Shown: positions 1 through 6,674, counted from the first letter of the stretch. The stretch is 10,214 nt of DNA from Candidatus Eiseniibacteriota bacterium (GCA_043810925.1 JBDRNT010000156.1:1-10214), one strand, 5' to 3'. Translations and numbers: made by a program. Notes: generated from the letters alone by a model not told the origin.

Positions 1-70
1 CGTTTCTCCCGAAGAGACACACCTGATCGATGCCCGACAGGTCCAGGCGCCTGGTTACCGCATCCCCCAT
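1..70 (-). CDS. phoH: 5' fragment of a probable PhoH-family protein (PhoH/YbeZ-like ATPase), running off the window start
   Basis: Not in the ORF track. ATG at 70-68 follows an AGAGAGGT Shine-Dalgarno-like sequence (84-77) and reads MGDAVTRRLDLSGIDQVCLFGRN..., open to the edge. The LFGxx(D) segment about 20 residues in resembles PhoH/YbeZ N-termini. Only 23 codons are visible, so the assignment is tentative. Confidence 0.55.
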   Translation of the reverse strand, partial: MGDAVTRRLDLSGIDQVCLFGRN

Positions 71-107
71 TTCACTACCTCTCTGACTTAAGTACGGCCA
101 TAGACTA

Positions 108-147
108 AAGCCCTCGGCCCCTTAGGACACTAAGGGGCCAAGGGCTT
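108..147 (-). terminator. Strong hairpin, probable intrinsic terminator or processing stem-loop downstream of the lipoprotein-LysM operon
   Basis: Arms 108-125 (aagccctcggccccttag) and 130-147 (ctaaggggccaagggctt) form an 18-bp stem with a 4-nt loop. The single mismatch becomes a G-U pair only in the minus-strand RNA. It lies about 75 nt after the LysM stop, and the U-run is short (UUU). Confidence 0.75.
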
Positions 148-223
148 GACACAATTGCTAAATCGCTTGTCAGACTCTCTATCTTCGTCTGTCACCGGTT
201 AGGTTTACCACCACCCCAACAAC

Positions 224-901
224 TTATCTGGGAATATCAAGTTCCCAGCCGGGCAGAATGAGATCCGGGTCGCTGATCTTGTCCTTGTTGGCTTCGTAGA
301 TCTTGGTCCACTGCCGCCAATTGCCATAGATTTCCCAGTATCCCGAGATCTTGCCCAGGTACTCACCCTCCATCACCTTGTGCATCGTGGGCAGGCCCCT
401 GGGGATCGCGAGCAGCCAGCCGGGGAAGATGAGGTTCGGATCCTTGATCTTGTCCCTGTTGGCGCGGTATATCCTCGGCCACAGGACCGGGCTGCTGTAG
501 ATCTCCTTGTATCCGGAAATCTTCGAGAGGCTCTCACCCCTCTTAACCGTCCACTCGGTGGGAAGGGCCTTAAGTTCGGCTATCTCCCGCTCGAGCTTCG
601 CTACCTCGGACTCGATGGGCTCCAGCTCGGTATCCACCTGCTTAAGCTGCGCCCTGAGATCGGCTACCGAAGCCTTAGCACCATCCAGGTCCGCAGTTGC
701 CTGACCCAGCAGCGCCGCCTGCTTTTCCTTCTCGCCGGCCAGGGAGGCGCAGTAAGCTTCTCTTTCCTTACCGGAAAGCTTCTGGTATTCCTCCTCGGTG
801 TAGAACTGGCCTCTTGATACATCCACCGCGAGTACGCTCGTTGCCAGAATCGAAAGAACTGCGAGCGATACTGCGGCAATAACCAGAATAGATTTCTTCA
901 T
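224..901 (-). CDS. Secreted coiled-coil protein with two C-terminal LysM peptidoglycan-binding domains (225 aa)
   Basis: Start moved from 946 to ATG 901 because GAGGAG (916-911) lies 9 nt upstream and MKKSILVIAAVSLAVLSILATSVLA is a typical Sec signal peptide. Heptad repeat spans about C51-L110. Two LysM repeats follow: WTVKRGESLSKIS...WPRIYRANRDKIKDPNLIFPGWLLAIP and HKVMEGEYLGKIS...WTKIYEANKDKISDPDLILPGWELDIP. Confidence 0.92.
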   Translation of the reverse strand: MKKSILVIAAVSLAVLSILATSVLAVDVSRGQFYTEEEYQKLSGKEREAYCASLAGEKEKQAALLGQATADLDGAKASVADLRAQLKQVDTELEPIESEVAKLEREIAELKALPTEWTVKRGESLSKISGYKEIYSSPVLWPRIYRANRDKIKDPNLIFPGWLLAIPRGLPTMHKVMEGEYLGKISGYWEIYGNWRQWTKIYEANKDKISDPDLILPGWELDIPR

Positions 902-945
902 TGTACTAAGCTCCTCTTGAAATCCATCAGGCATGGTTGCCCTCA

Positions 946-1233
946 TTATCGCCCACTACCCTTCTTAAGGGCCTCGAGCTCTTTCTCCAGTTTCTCAGGC
1001 TCATTACGGAGCTTCTCGAGTCTTGCTTCCTTGTCCTTGAGCTCCGTCGCGAGCTGCTCACGCTCAGCTTCGGCCTTTGCCAAGTCGCTCTGGACCGCAT
1101 CGGTCGCCGCCTGAACCTTCTGTACCTCCTGGGGAGGTACCGGGCACGGCGGTTTGGGTCCGCAGCCTATGCCGCACGCGAGCACTAATATGCCTACGGC
1201 CAGGACCACAGCCAGCACGCGCCTCGTGAACAT
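946..1233 (-). CDS. Small coiled-coil lipoprotein (95 aa), function unknown
   Basis: SD-like AAGGGGGTG upstream. Basic N-terminus and hydrophobic core end in lipobox-like Cys (VLAC20 or GIGC24). A Pro-rich linker GPKPPCPVPP precedes a continuous heptad repeat V37-L89. Co-oriented, 44 nt upstream of the LysM gene start. Confidence 0.85.
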   Translation of the reverse strand: MFTRRVLAVVLAVGILVLACGIGCGPKPPCPVPPQEVQKVQAATDAVQSDLAKAEAEREQLATELKDKEARLEKLRNEPEKLEKELEALKKGSGR

Positions 1234-1253
1234 CGTTGACCACCCCCTTCTAA

Positions 1254-1265
1254 GGTATAATTACC
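1254..1265. promoter_or_regulatory. Quasi-palindromic putative operator GGTA-N4-TACC in the leader of the lipoprotein-LysM operon
   Basis: aGGTATAATTACCt at 1253-1266. Its reverse complement GGTAATTATACC is identical to 3873-3884 in the metallophosphoesterase promoter. Confidence 0.45.
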
Positions 1266-1300
1266 TCTTGTTCACAGTGGATACACTCTGAACCTCGCAT

Positions 1301-1330
1301 ACTGTAACAAGGCACAATCCTCCTTGTCAA
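1301..1330 (-). promoter_or_regulatory. Sigma70-type promoter of the lipoprotein-LysM operon
   Basis: Minus strand: TTGACA (1330-1325), 18-nt spacer, TACAGT (1306-1301) preceded by an extended -10 TGn. Confidence 0.7.
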
Positions 1331-1369
1331 GCGAAAATACGCCCGTGCCTTAACGTAGAAAATCACGGC

Positions 1370-1394
1370 AATCGAGGGCACACAATCCTCGATT
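1370..1394 (-). terminator. Hairpin downstream of the metallophosphoesterase gene, possible weak terminator
   Basis: aatcgagg (1370-1377) and cctcgatt (1387-1394) form a perfect 8-bp inverted repeat about 60 nt after the stop. The U-tract on the minus strand is displaced (gccgtgattttct). Confidence 0.35.
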
Positions 1395-1455
1395 CAGCCG
1401 CTTTGCCTGAATCAGCGCTGAATGACGCCCGAAACAGGTGATCTGCCCCCTCAAC

Positions 1456-3825
1456 CTACCTCATTATGACAACCCTGCAGGTAGCCACTTCAGAGCCCAG
1501 GCGGAGCCGCACGAAGTATAGCCCGGGTTCCACCGATCCATCCCCGGACCAGGCCACTTCATGGTAGCCTGCCCCATACTGGCCCTCGGTGACCTTTGCT
1601 ACCAGGCGTCCGGAAACATCATACACATCGGCCTCGATCAGCCCATCCCGGGGCAATCCGAACCTGATTACGGTCCTGGTACTGAACGGATTGGGCACCG
1701 CACCGGATATCACAACCCGCGTGGGGATCCCGCCGTCGCCCGCTATTCCTGAGGTGGGATCGTAGATCTCAAAGTCGGCATCGCTGGCATCCTCACCACT
1801 GTTGGTCGCTGCGTCGTGGGCTACCACCTTGACCCGGGCCTGGGTCGTCGGAGCAACATCCACCTGCCAGGAGTAAGTGCCATCATTGGTCTCGCCCGTA
1901 GCGATAGTATGCGGATAAGTCGCCCCGCCATCACTCGAGAGCAGGATATCCACAGAGGTCACACCGATATTATCGGTGGCAGTCCACATGACATCGAAGA
2001 AGCTGTCCACATTCCAGGTCTCACCGCCATCGGGCTGGATCACCACAACCACCGGCGCCTCGCCATCGGCTAATGTAAAGCTGCCATCGCTTATGTCCTC
2101 ACCGGTATTCGAGTCGGCGTCATGGGCCACAACCTTGACCCGGGCCTGGGTCGTCGGAGCAACATCCACCTGCCAGGAGTAGGTGCCGTCATTGGCCTCG
2201 CCCGTGGCGATGGTGTGACCGTAAGAACCACCGCTATCGGTGGAGAGTAGAATATCAATCGAGGTTACTCCCACATCATCGGTGGCCGTCCAGGTGATGT
2301 CGAAGAAGCTGTCCACATTCCAGGTCTCACCGCCATCCGGCTGGTTTACCGTCACCACCGGCGGATCGGAAGATCCCGGGGTGAGCAGCAAAGTAACAGT
2401 CGGGGACGAGTTGGCCGGAATGTTGGCCGCGACATAATAAACCGCATAGGTACCGGAGTCGTCTACCTGCAGAAGGGTCCCCCCTCCAACACTCACTGTT
2501 CCCGGCTCATTGGGCATTATGAAGCGAATCACCGAGTGCTCGAAGTCCTCATTGATGTCATTGGTGATATCGGCGCTGACCGAATAGTATGTCCCGTTGT
2601 TTCCGGGGAAATAGTCGACGTAGAGGTTGTTACCGTCCGAGCCGGCGGAGACCGTTTCCGTGGGCTGGACCGTTCCACCCGACACGCGAATCATACGATA
2701 CGAGCGAGCGCCATCGCAGACATTGTCGGTCCTGACATAGTAAGGATGGGACCAATCGTCGTAGTCGCTGTGGGAGTGACCATAGAGCGCCATGTCGGCC
2801 CCAAGGCTATTGAGATCGATCTGGCTTGAGAAGTCGTAGTGGTAGAACAGCACGTGGGCTGCACTTCCGGATGCGGCGGCAATGTCATCGTCGAGCCACT
2901 GTATCTGGCCCGAGGTGAAGCTATCACTGCCGTAGGTACCCGGCCGCCAGTTGTCATAGTTAATGTAGGCCTCAAGCCCGATATAGTGCACGGAGCCGTA
3001 GTCGAAGCTGTAGTTCTGGGTATACCAGGGGGCGCCGGCCGGAGGGGAATCCAGCCGCTTCCAACCGAAGAACCTCCACCAGTTCCGGCGGGCATTGCCG
3101 TCGGGCGGCGGGGTGTCATCCCAGCCCCCGATGTCGTGGTTGCCCGAGGTCAGATAGACCGGCACATCGAACTCCTTGAGCAGGGCCTGAGTCCGGCTGT
3201 AGTACTTCTTGTCTAGGAACTCCTCCAGCTCGCCTTCGTTTATGAAATCGCCGGTTAACACCACAAACTCAGGATTGATGATGTTGACATCGTGGATTAC
3301 CGCCCTGAGGTCTTCCACCTCGGAGGAATCCGTGTCCGAACCCTCCTCATAGTAGTACAGGTGGGTCGGCAGATGGGTATCGGTTATGTGAATGAAGTAG
3401 TAGTCGTTCTTGAAGGCGGAGATGACGCGCACGGCATCCCAAGTGGTGTCATCTATTCCCCCGCTCGCGGTGACCCTCAGGTCATAGATCTCGTGAACCG
3501 GGACCACCGGCACCAGAACCTCGACCTCCCACCACTCGGTGGATGCATCATATGTCGAGGAAAGAACGGTGATGGGTACCGTGATCGATCCATAGACCAG
3601 CTCCGCCGCCCAGCCGGATGTGCCGGGACTCGCCTCGCAATCGATCGTGAATGTGCTTCCCTCAGTCACGATCGTGGGTATGTTGATCAGGGGCCTCTGG
3701 ATCACGGTGAGAGTGTCCCCGGTGGGTATGGCGCCGGCAGTGCCGGCTAAGAGAAGCAACATCAGGCCTGCCCCCACCACTCCGGCTCCAACAAAGAAAA
3801 AGACCGCACGCGGCCGTTTCTGCAT
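1456..3825 (-). CDS. Secreted calcineurin-like metallophosphoesterase with tandem Ig-like repeats and a C-terminal PNPF/FlgD-Ig (T9SS-like) sorting domain (789 aa)
   Basis: Start moved from 3900 to ATG 3825 because AGGAG (3838-3834) lies 8 nt upstream and a near-consensus promoter occupies 3877-3905. Signal peptide ends in ...AGTAGA. Metallophosphoesterase motifs: ITDTHL, TGDFIN, SGNHD, FYHY, YGHSH. Two PDGGETW Ig-like repeats. Tail: PNPF...IRFGLP...VYDVSGRLV...AGYHEVAW...PGLYFVRL. Confidence 0.9.
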   Translation of the reverse strand: MQKRPRAVFFFVGAGVVGAGLMLLLLAGTAGAIPTGDTLTVIQRPLINIPTIVTEGSTFTIDCEASPGTSGWAAELVYGSITVPITVLSSTYDASTEWWEVEVLVPVVPVHEIYDLRVTASGGIDDTTWDAVRVISAFKNDYYFIHITDTHLPTHLYYYEEGSDTDSSEVEDLRAVIHDVNIINPEFVVLTGDFINEGELEEFLDKKYYSRTQALLKEFDVPVYLTSGNHDIGGWDDTPPPDGNARRNWWRFFGWKRLDSPPAGAPWYTQNYSFDYGSVHYIGLEAYINYDNWRPGTYGSDSFTSGQIQWLDDDIAAASGSAAHVLFYHYDFSSQIDLNSLGADMALYGHSHSDYDDWSHPYYVRTDNVCDGARSYRMIRVSGGTVQPTETVSAGSDGNNLYVDYFPGNNGTYYSVSADITNDINEDFEHSVIRFIMPNEPGTVSVGGGTLLQVDDSGTYAVYYVAANIPANSSPTVTLLLTPGSSDPPVVTVNQPDGGETWNVDSFFDITWTATDDVGVTSIDILLSTDSGGSYGHTIATGEANDGTYSWQVDVAPTTQARVKVVAHDADSNTGEDISDGSFTLADGEAPVVVVIQPDGGETWNVDSFFDVMWTATDNIGVTSVDILLSSDGGATYPHTIATGETNDGTYSWQVDVAPTTQARVKVVAHDAATNSGEDASDADFEIYDPTSGIAGDGGIPTRVVISGAVPNPFSTRTVIRFGLPRDGLIEADVYDVSGRLVAKVTEGQYGAGYHEVAWSGDGSVEPGLYFVRLRLGSEVATCRVVIMR
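1759..2370 (-). repeat. Intragenic tandem duplication, 2 x 306 bp (102 aa), encoding Ig-like domains
   Basis: Units are about 1759-2064 and 2065-2370. Identical DNA blocks at 306-nt offset: 50 nt (1826-1875 = 2132-2181) and 38 nt (1994-2031 = 2300-2337). The protein repeats share QPDGGETWNVDSFFD and NDGTYSWQVDVAPTTQARVKVVAHDA. Confidence 0.95.
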
Positions 3826-3876
3826 CACGTTTTCTCCTGTCTGCGAACCCCACAGATGTTTGCGTTTATCATGGTA

Positions 3877-3905
3877 ATTATACCATACATTAGATGTCAT
3901 ATCAA
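3877..3905 (-). promoter_or_regulatory. Near-consensus sigma70 promoter of the metallophosphoesterase gene, overlapped by an inverted repeat
   Basis: Minus strand: TTGATA (3905-3900), 17-nt spacer, TGn-TATAAT (3882-3877). The inverted repeat ATGGTA-ATTA-TACCAT (3871-3886) covers the -10. Confidence 0.8.
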
Positions 3906-4015
3906 GGCGCCCGGTCGCCTGGGTGTGTGTCAGATTGTGTGAGTTCTGTGGCAGGATCGACGGGACAGAGGTTTCTCCGGCTGACCTGCCGACCGGCGTG
4001 ACGCATGTCGTTTAA

Positions 4016-4028
4016 TACCAAACAGTTA
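4016..4028 (+). promoter_or_regulatory. Putative IHF binding site
   Basis: TACCAAacagTTA matches WATCAAnnnnTTR with one mismatch. It sits in an AT-rich patch between upstream repeats and the sigma54 box. Confidence 0.45.
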
Positions 4029-4062
4029 TCGGGGACACCCGATGACTCGATTGCGACCTCCG

Positions 4063-4078
4063 TGGCATACGCCTTGCT
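4063..4078 (+). promoter_or_regulatory. Sigma54 (RpoN) -24/-12 promoter upstream of the aspartyl protease gene
   Basis: TGGCATACGCCTTGCT has exact GG-N10-GC spacing and matches TGGCAC-N5-TTGCW except at one position. It is intergenic and oriented toward the CDS at 4186. Confidence 0.7.
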
Positions 4079-4185
4079 TCTCTACACCGGCGTGGAGGAA
4101 TATTCTGCTTACCGTGACAGCGTAAAGAGGGTATAACAATACGGCAGGATGAGATCGGAATTTCAGAATCAAAAGGAGGAGTATC

Positions 4186-6051
4186 ATGTCAGTCCTTAAG
4201 ACCACTCTTGTTTCCGTCTTGGCCGGTACGGCACTTTTTGCCGGCTTGTGCGCGGCCCAGGAACTCAGTGACCCTTATGAGATTCTCGGGAAGCACTTCG
4301 AGGTTTCGGGGGGACTTATGCTCCTCAAGGCCGAGCAGACCCAGTACTTCGAGGGCAACCTCTCGCTGGCCGGGATGCAGGGGCCCATCAAGGCCTGGAC
4401 CGCCAAGCCCGACCGCAGCCGGGCCGAGGTCGTGATCGGTCCCATCAGCATAACCCAGGGAGAAACCGGAGACCTTTCCTGGATCCTGGACACCAACGGG
4501 AAGGTGCAGGTCATCACCAAAGAAGACGAGGCCACCCAGAAACGCAAAGAGGTGGCCAGGAGGATGGCCGATTATGAACACGCCGACCCTGGGTCGGATG
4601 TATTCACGGCGGCCTTCGAGGGCACCGAGACCGTCGATGAGACTGACTGCTATGTCGTCAAGGTGACCAACAGCATCAACACGGATCATTTCACTTACTA
4701 CATAGGCAAGAACGACTTTCTGCTCAAGAAGCGAATCGCGATACAGGCCGAGAAGAGCGGCGACAGCTACTACGGTGATTATCGTGAGGTCAGTGGATTG
4801 CTTGTACCCTTCTATACAAGGGAGATACCCCACCAGACGGGCCAGGCTCAGGAGATTACGATCGTCAATTACGAGTCCAACCCGGAGCTGGATCCGGCGA
4901 TATTCAATCCGCCCGAGCAAGGCGGCAAGGATTTCGAGTTCACTGCAGGCGACGCAGCGGAGAACATCCCGGTTGAATTCATAGGCAATCACCTCTTCAT
5001 TCCCGTTACCGTAAACGGAAAGGAAGATCTCTGGGTACTCGATACGGGTGCGGGAATGAGCGTGATCACCACCGGTTTCGCCGAAGAGCTTGGCCTCGAT
5101 CTCGAGGGCAACTTAAAGGGTGTGGGCGCCGGCGGAACAGTCGACGCCAGCTTTGCCCAGCTTCCCCCCTACCAGGTGAGCGGAATAAGCTTCAAGGGGC
5201 AGACCGTGGCCGTGATCGACATGAGTGAGCTCATGCGGAGGCTCGGTATTGATGTGCCGGGCATCCTCGGTTATGACTTCCTGTCCCGTTTCGTTACGAA
5301 GGTTGACTATGCCAATGAGCTTGTTTCCTTCTATGATCCCGGCACCTTCGATTACACAGGTGACGGTCAGGAGCTGGACGTGCACAGAAAGGAGAGCGTG
5401 TTTGAGACCTCGGCAACCCTGGACGGTGAACACTCCGGAACCTGGCTCTTTGACCTGGGCGCCGGCATGACCCACCTGGACGGCGCCTATGCCCTCCGGG
5501 AAGGCTACACCGAAAAACGCGGAATTCTGGCCAAGGGCCACGGGGCCGGCAACGAGATGCTGTTGAAAGCCATCAAGAGCGACAAGATTGAGCTCGCCGG
5601 TTTCACCATCACCGAACCACACATCAGTTTCTCATACGGCGGGACCGACACGGTGCTTGCGGCCGACAAGATTGGAATCCTGGGCAACACGCTGTTCAGG
5701 AACTTCGTGCTCTACGTCGACTATGCCAATGAGCGGGTGATCGTGGAGAAGGGCGAACGGTTCAACGAGCCCTGGCCCGAAGACCATTCGGGCCTCAGCT
5801 TCGGCTGGACGGTCGATTGGGATGCCATGGAAGTCCTCTATGTATCGCCCGACACGCCAGCCGACCAGGCGGGATTCGAAGACGGGGACATCCTGCTCTC
5901 AGTCGACGGAGAGAGCGTGGATGACCTGGGCGGAGTGATCGGCCTGAGGGAGCTCCTCAAGCAGGAGCCCGGTACGGTGCTGGAGATCGCGGTCCGGCGG
6001 GACGGCAAGGAGCGGAAGCTCTCGCTCACCCTGGCAGATCTTTTCGAGTAG
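4186..6051 (+). CDS. Secreted retropepsin-like (clan AA) aspartyl protease with two protease lobes, an N-terminal beta-rich (LolA-like/DUF620-like) domain and a C-terminal PDZ domain (621 aa)
   Basis: Strong SD AAGGAGG before the ATG, and a signal peptide. Lobe 1: WVLDTGAG (Asp codon 5041) ... GILGYDFL. Lobe 2: WLFDLGAG (Asp codon 5452) ... GILGNTLF. PDZ signature: VLYVSPDTPADQAGFEDGDILLSVDG...VRRDG. The N-terminal domain assignment is by resemblance only. Confidence 0.88.
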   Translation: MSVLKTTLVSVLAGTALFAGLCAAQELSDPYEILGKHFEVSGGLMLLKAEQTQYFEGNLSLAGMQGPIKAWTAKPDRSRAEVVIGPISITQGETGDLSWILDTNGKVQVITKEDEATQKRKEVARRMADYEHADPGSDVFTAAFEGTETVDETDCYVVKVTNSINTDHFTYYIGKNDFLLKKRIAIQAEKSGDSYYGDYREVSGLLVPFYTREIPHQTGQAQEITIVNYESNPELDPAIFNPPEQGGKDFEFTAGDAAENIPVEFIGNHLFIPVTVNGKEDLWVLDTGAGMSVITTGFAEELGLDLEGNLKGVGAGGTVDASFAQLPPYQVSGISFKGQTVAVIDMSELMRRLGIDVPGILGYDFLSRFVTKVDYANELVSFYDPGTFDYTGDGQELDVHRKESVFETSATLDGEHSGTWLFDLGAGMTHLDGAYALREGYTEKRGILAKGHGAGNEMLLKAIKSDKIELAGFTITEPHISFSYGGTDTVLAADKIGILGNTLFRNFVLYVDYANERVIVEKGERFNEPWPEDHSGLSFGWTVDWDAMEVLYVSPDTPADQAGFEDGDILLSVDGESVDDLGGVIGLRELLKQEPGTVLEIAVRRDGKERKLSLTLADLFE

Positions 6052-6106
6052 TCTTCCTGTATTCAGGATTGGGGTGGTCGAAGCGGCAGCCGGCGTCCTC
6101 TCCGGA

Positions 6107-6643
6107 TCACAATAGCTTGATCATGTGAATGTCATCCGGCTCAAGGGTGAAGAGCTCCTCGTTGGCATCCTCTGTAGGTTTGAAGCCCCTCTCGAGGTAG
6201 AAACCCACGGCCGATTCTGACGCGATCGCGGAGACATACAACTTCTCTGCTCCAGCCTCACGGGCCAATCGTTCGGCTTCGGCCACCAGCATACTCGCGA
6301 CACCCCGCCTCCTGTATAAGCGGTCCACGTAGAGCGCGGCAAGCTGCGCCACGCCCTTGCTCAGCTCCGGTCTCATGATCGCGATGCCGGCCAGTGTCTC
6401 CCCCTCCAATGCGCCGAGCAGTACCCCTCCGTCTTCAAGGAGCGGGTTCCACTCCTCCATGCGTGCCCGGATACTGAAACCCTTCGACGGGTCGGCGGAC
6501 CACCGGGGCACCTTCCAGTCAACCTGCTGGGACTCGAGCACGCCCTTTTTGAATACATATCCTCTGGTGATGTGCTCCGAGCGGTCGATCTCGCCTACCC
6601 TGCTGATAGCCTCGTGCGGCAGCTTCCTGACAATCAAGTCCAT
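6107..6643 (-). CDS. GNAT family N-acetyltransferase (resembles B. subtilis YuaI-type proteins), about 178 aa
   Basis: Acetyl-CoA binding motif LYVDRLYRRRGVASML, plus SAVGFYLERGF. IDRSE near the N-terminus and EPDDIHM near the C-terminus recall YuaI-like proteins. ATG 6643 is preferred over 6706 to avoid overlapping the upstream gene; the RBS is weak and the start uncertain. Confidence 0.88.
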   Translation of the reverse strand: MDLIVRKLPHEAISRVGEIDRSEHITRGYVFKKGVLESQQVDWKVPRWSADPSKGFSIRARMEEWNPLLEDGGVLLGALEGETLAGIAIMRPELSKGVAQLAALYVDRLYRRRGVASMLVAEAERLAREAGAEKLYVSAIASESAVGFYLERGFKPTEDANEELFTLEPDDIHMIKLL

Positions 6644-6674
6644 CTCGACACTCGACAGTTGTTCGCTTGAAGGA

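Noticed and set aside
146-172. Plus-strand TTGACA and a TGACA-N16-TGTCA inverted repeat
   Set aside because: No -10 element at proper spacing and no plus-strand gene downstream. The 5-bp arms are within chance.
1759-2370. Repeat as CRISPR array or DGR template/variable pair
   Set aside because: Only two in-frame coding units with no spacers. Differences are not confined to adenines and no reverse transcriptase or cas gene is in the window.
380-3877. Numerous alternative-frame and plus-strand ORFs over the LysM, lipoprotein and metallophosphoesterase genes
   Set aside because: They fully overlap well-supported genes. The similar pair 1976-2182 and 2240-2437 merely mirrors the 306-bp duplication.
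3826-3900. ORF-track N-terminal extension of the metallophosphoesterase (likewise 902-946 and 7365-7388 for other genes)
   Set aside because: Better SD sequences and signal peptides lie at downstream ATGs, and the 3900 start falls inside the promoter.
4480-4503. WILDTNGK as a third aspartyl protease motif
   Set aside because: DTN rather than D[TS]G, no following GILG motif, and it lies in the N-terminal non-protease domain.
4189-5690. Minus-strand ORFs of 267, 169, 90 and 61 aa inside the protease gene
   Set aside because: Antisense shadows expected in GC-rich coding DNA, with no motifs.
6055-6068. tcctg-tatt-cagga hairpin between the convergent protease and GNAT genes
   Set aside because: Only 5 bp with no convincing U-tract, too weak to call a terminator.
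6644-6657. Tandem 7-mer ctcgaca x2 directly upstream of the GNAT start
   Set aside because: Two copies of a 7-mer can arise by chance, and I have no supporting evidence of function.
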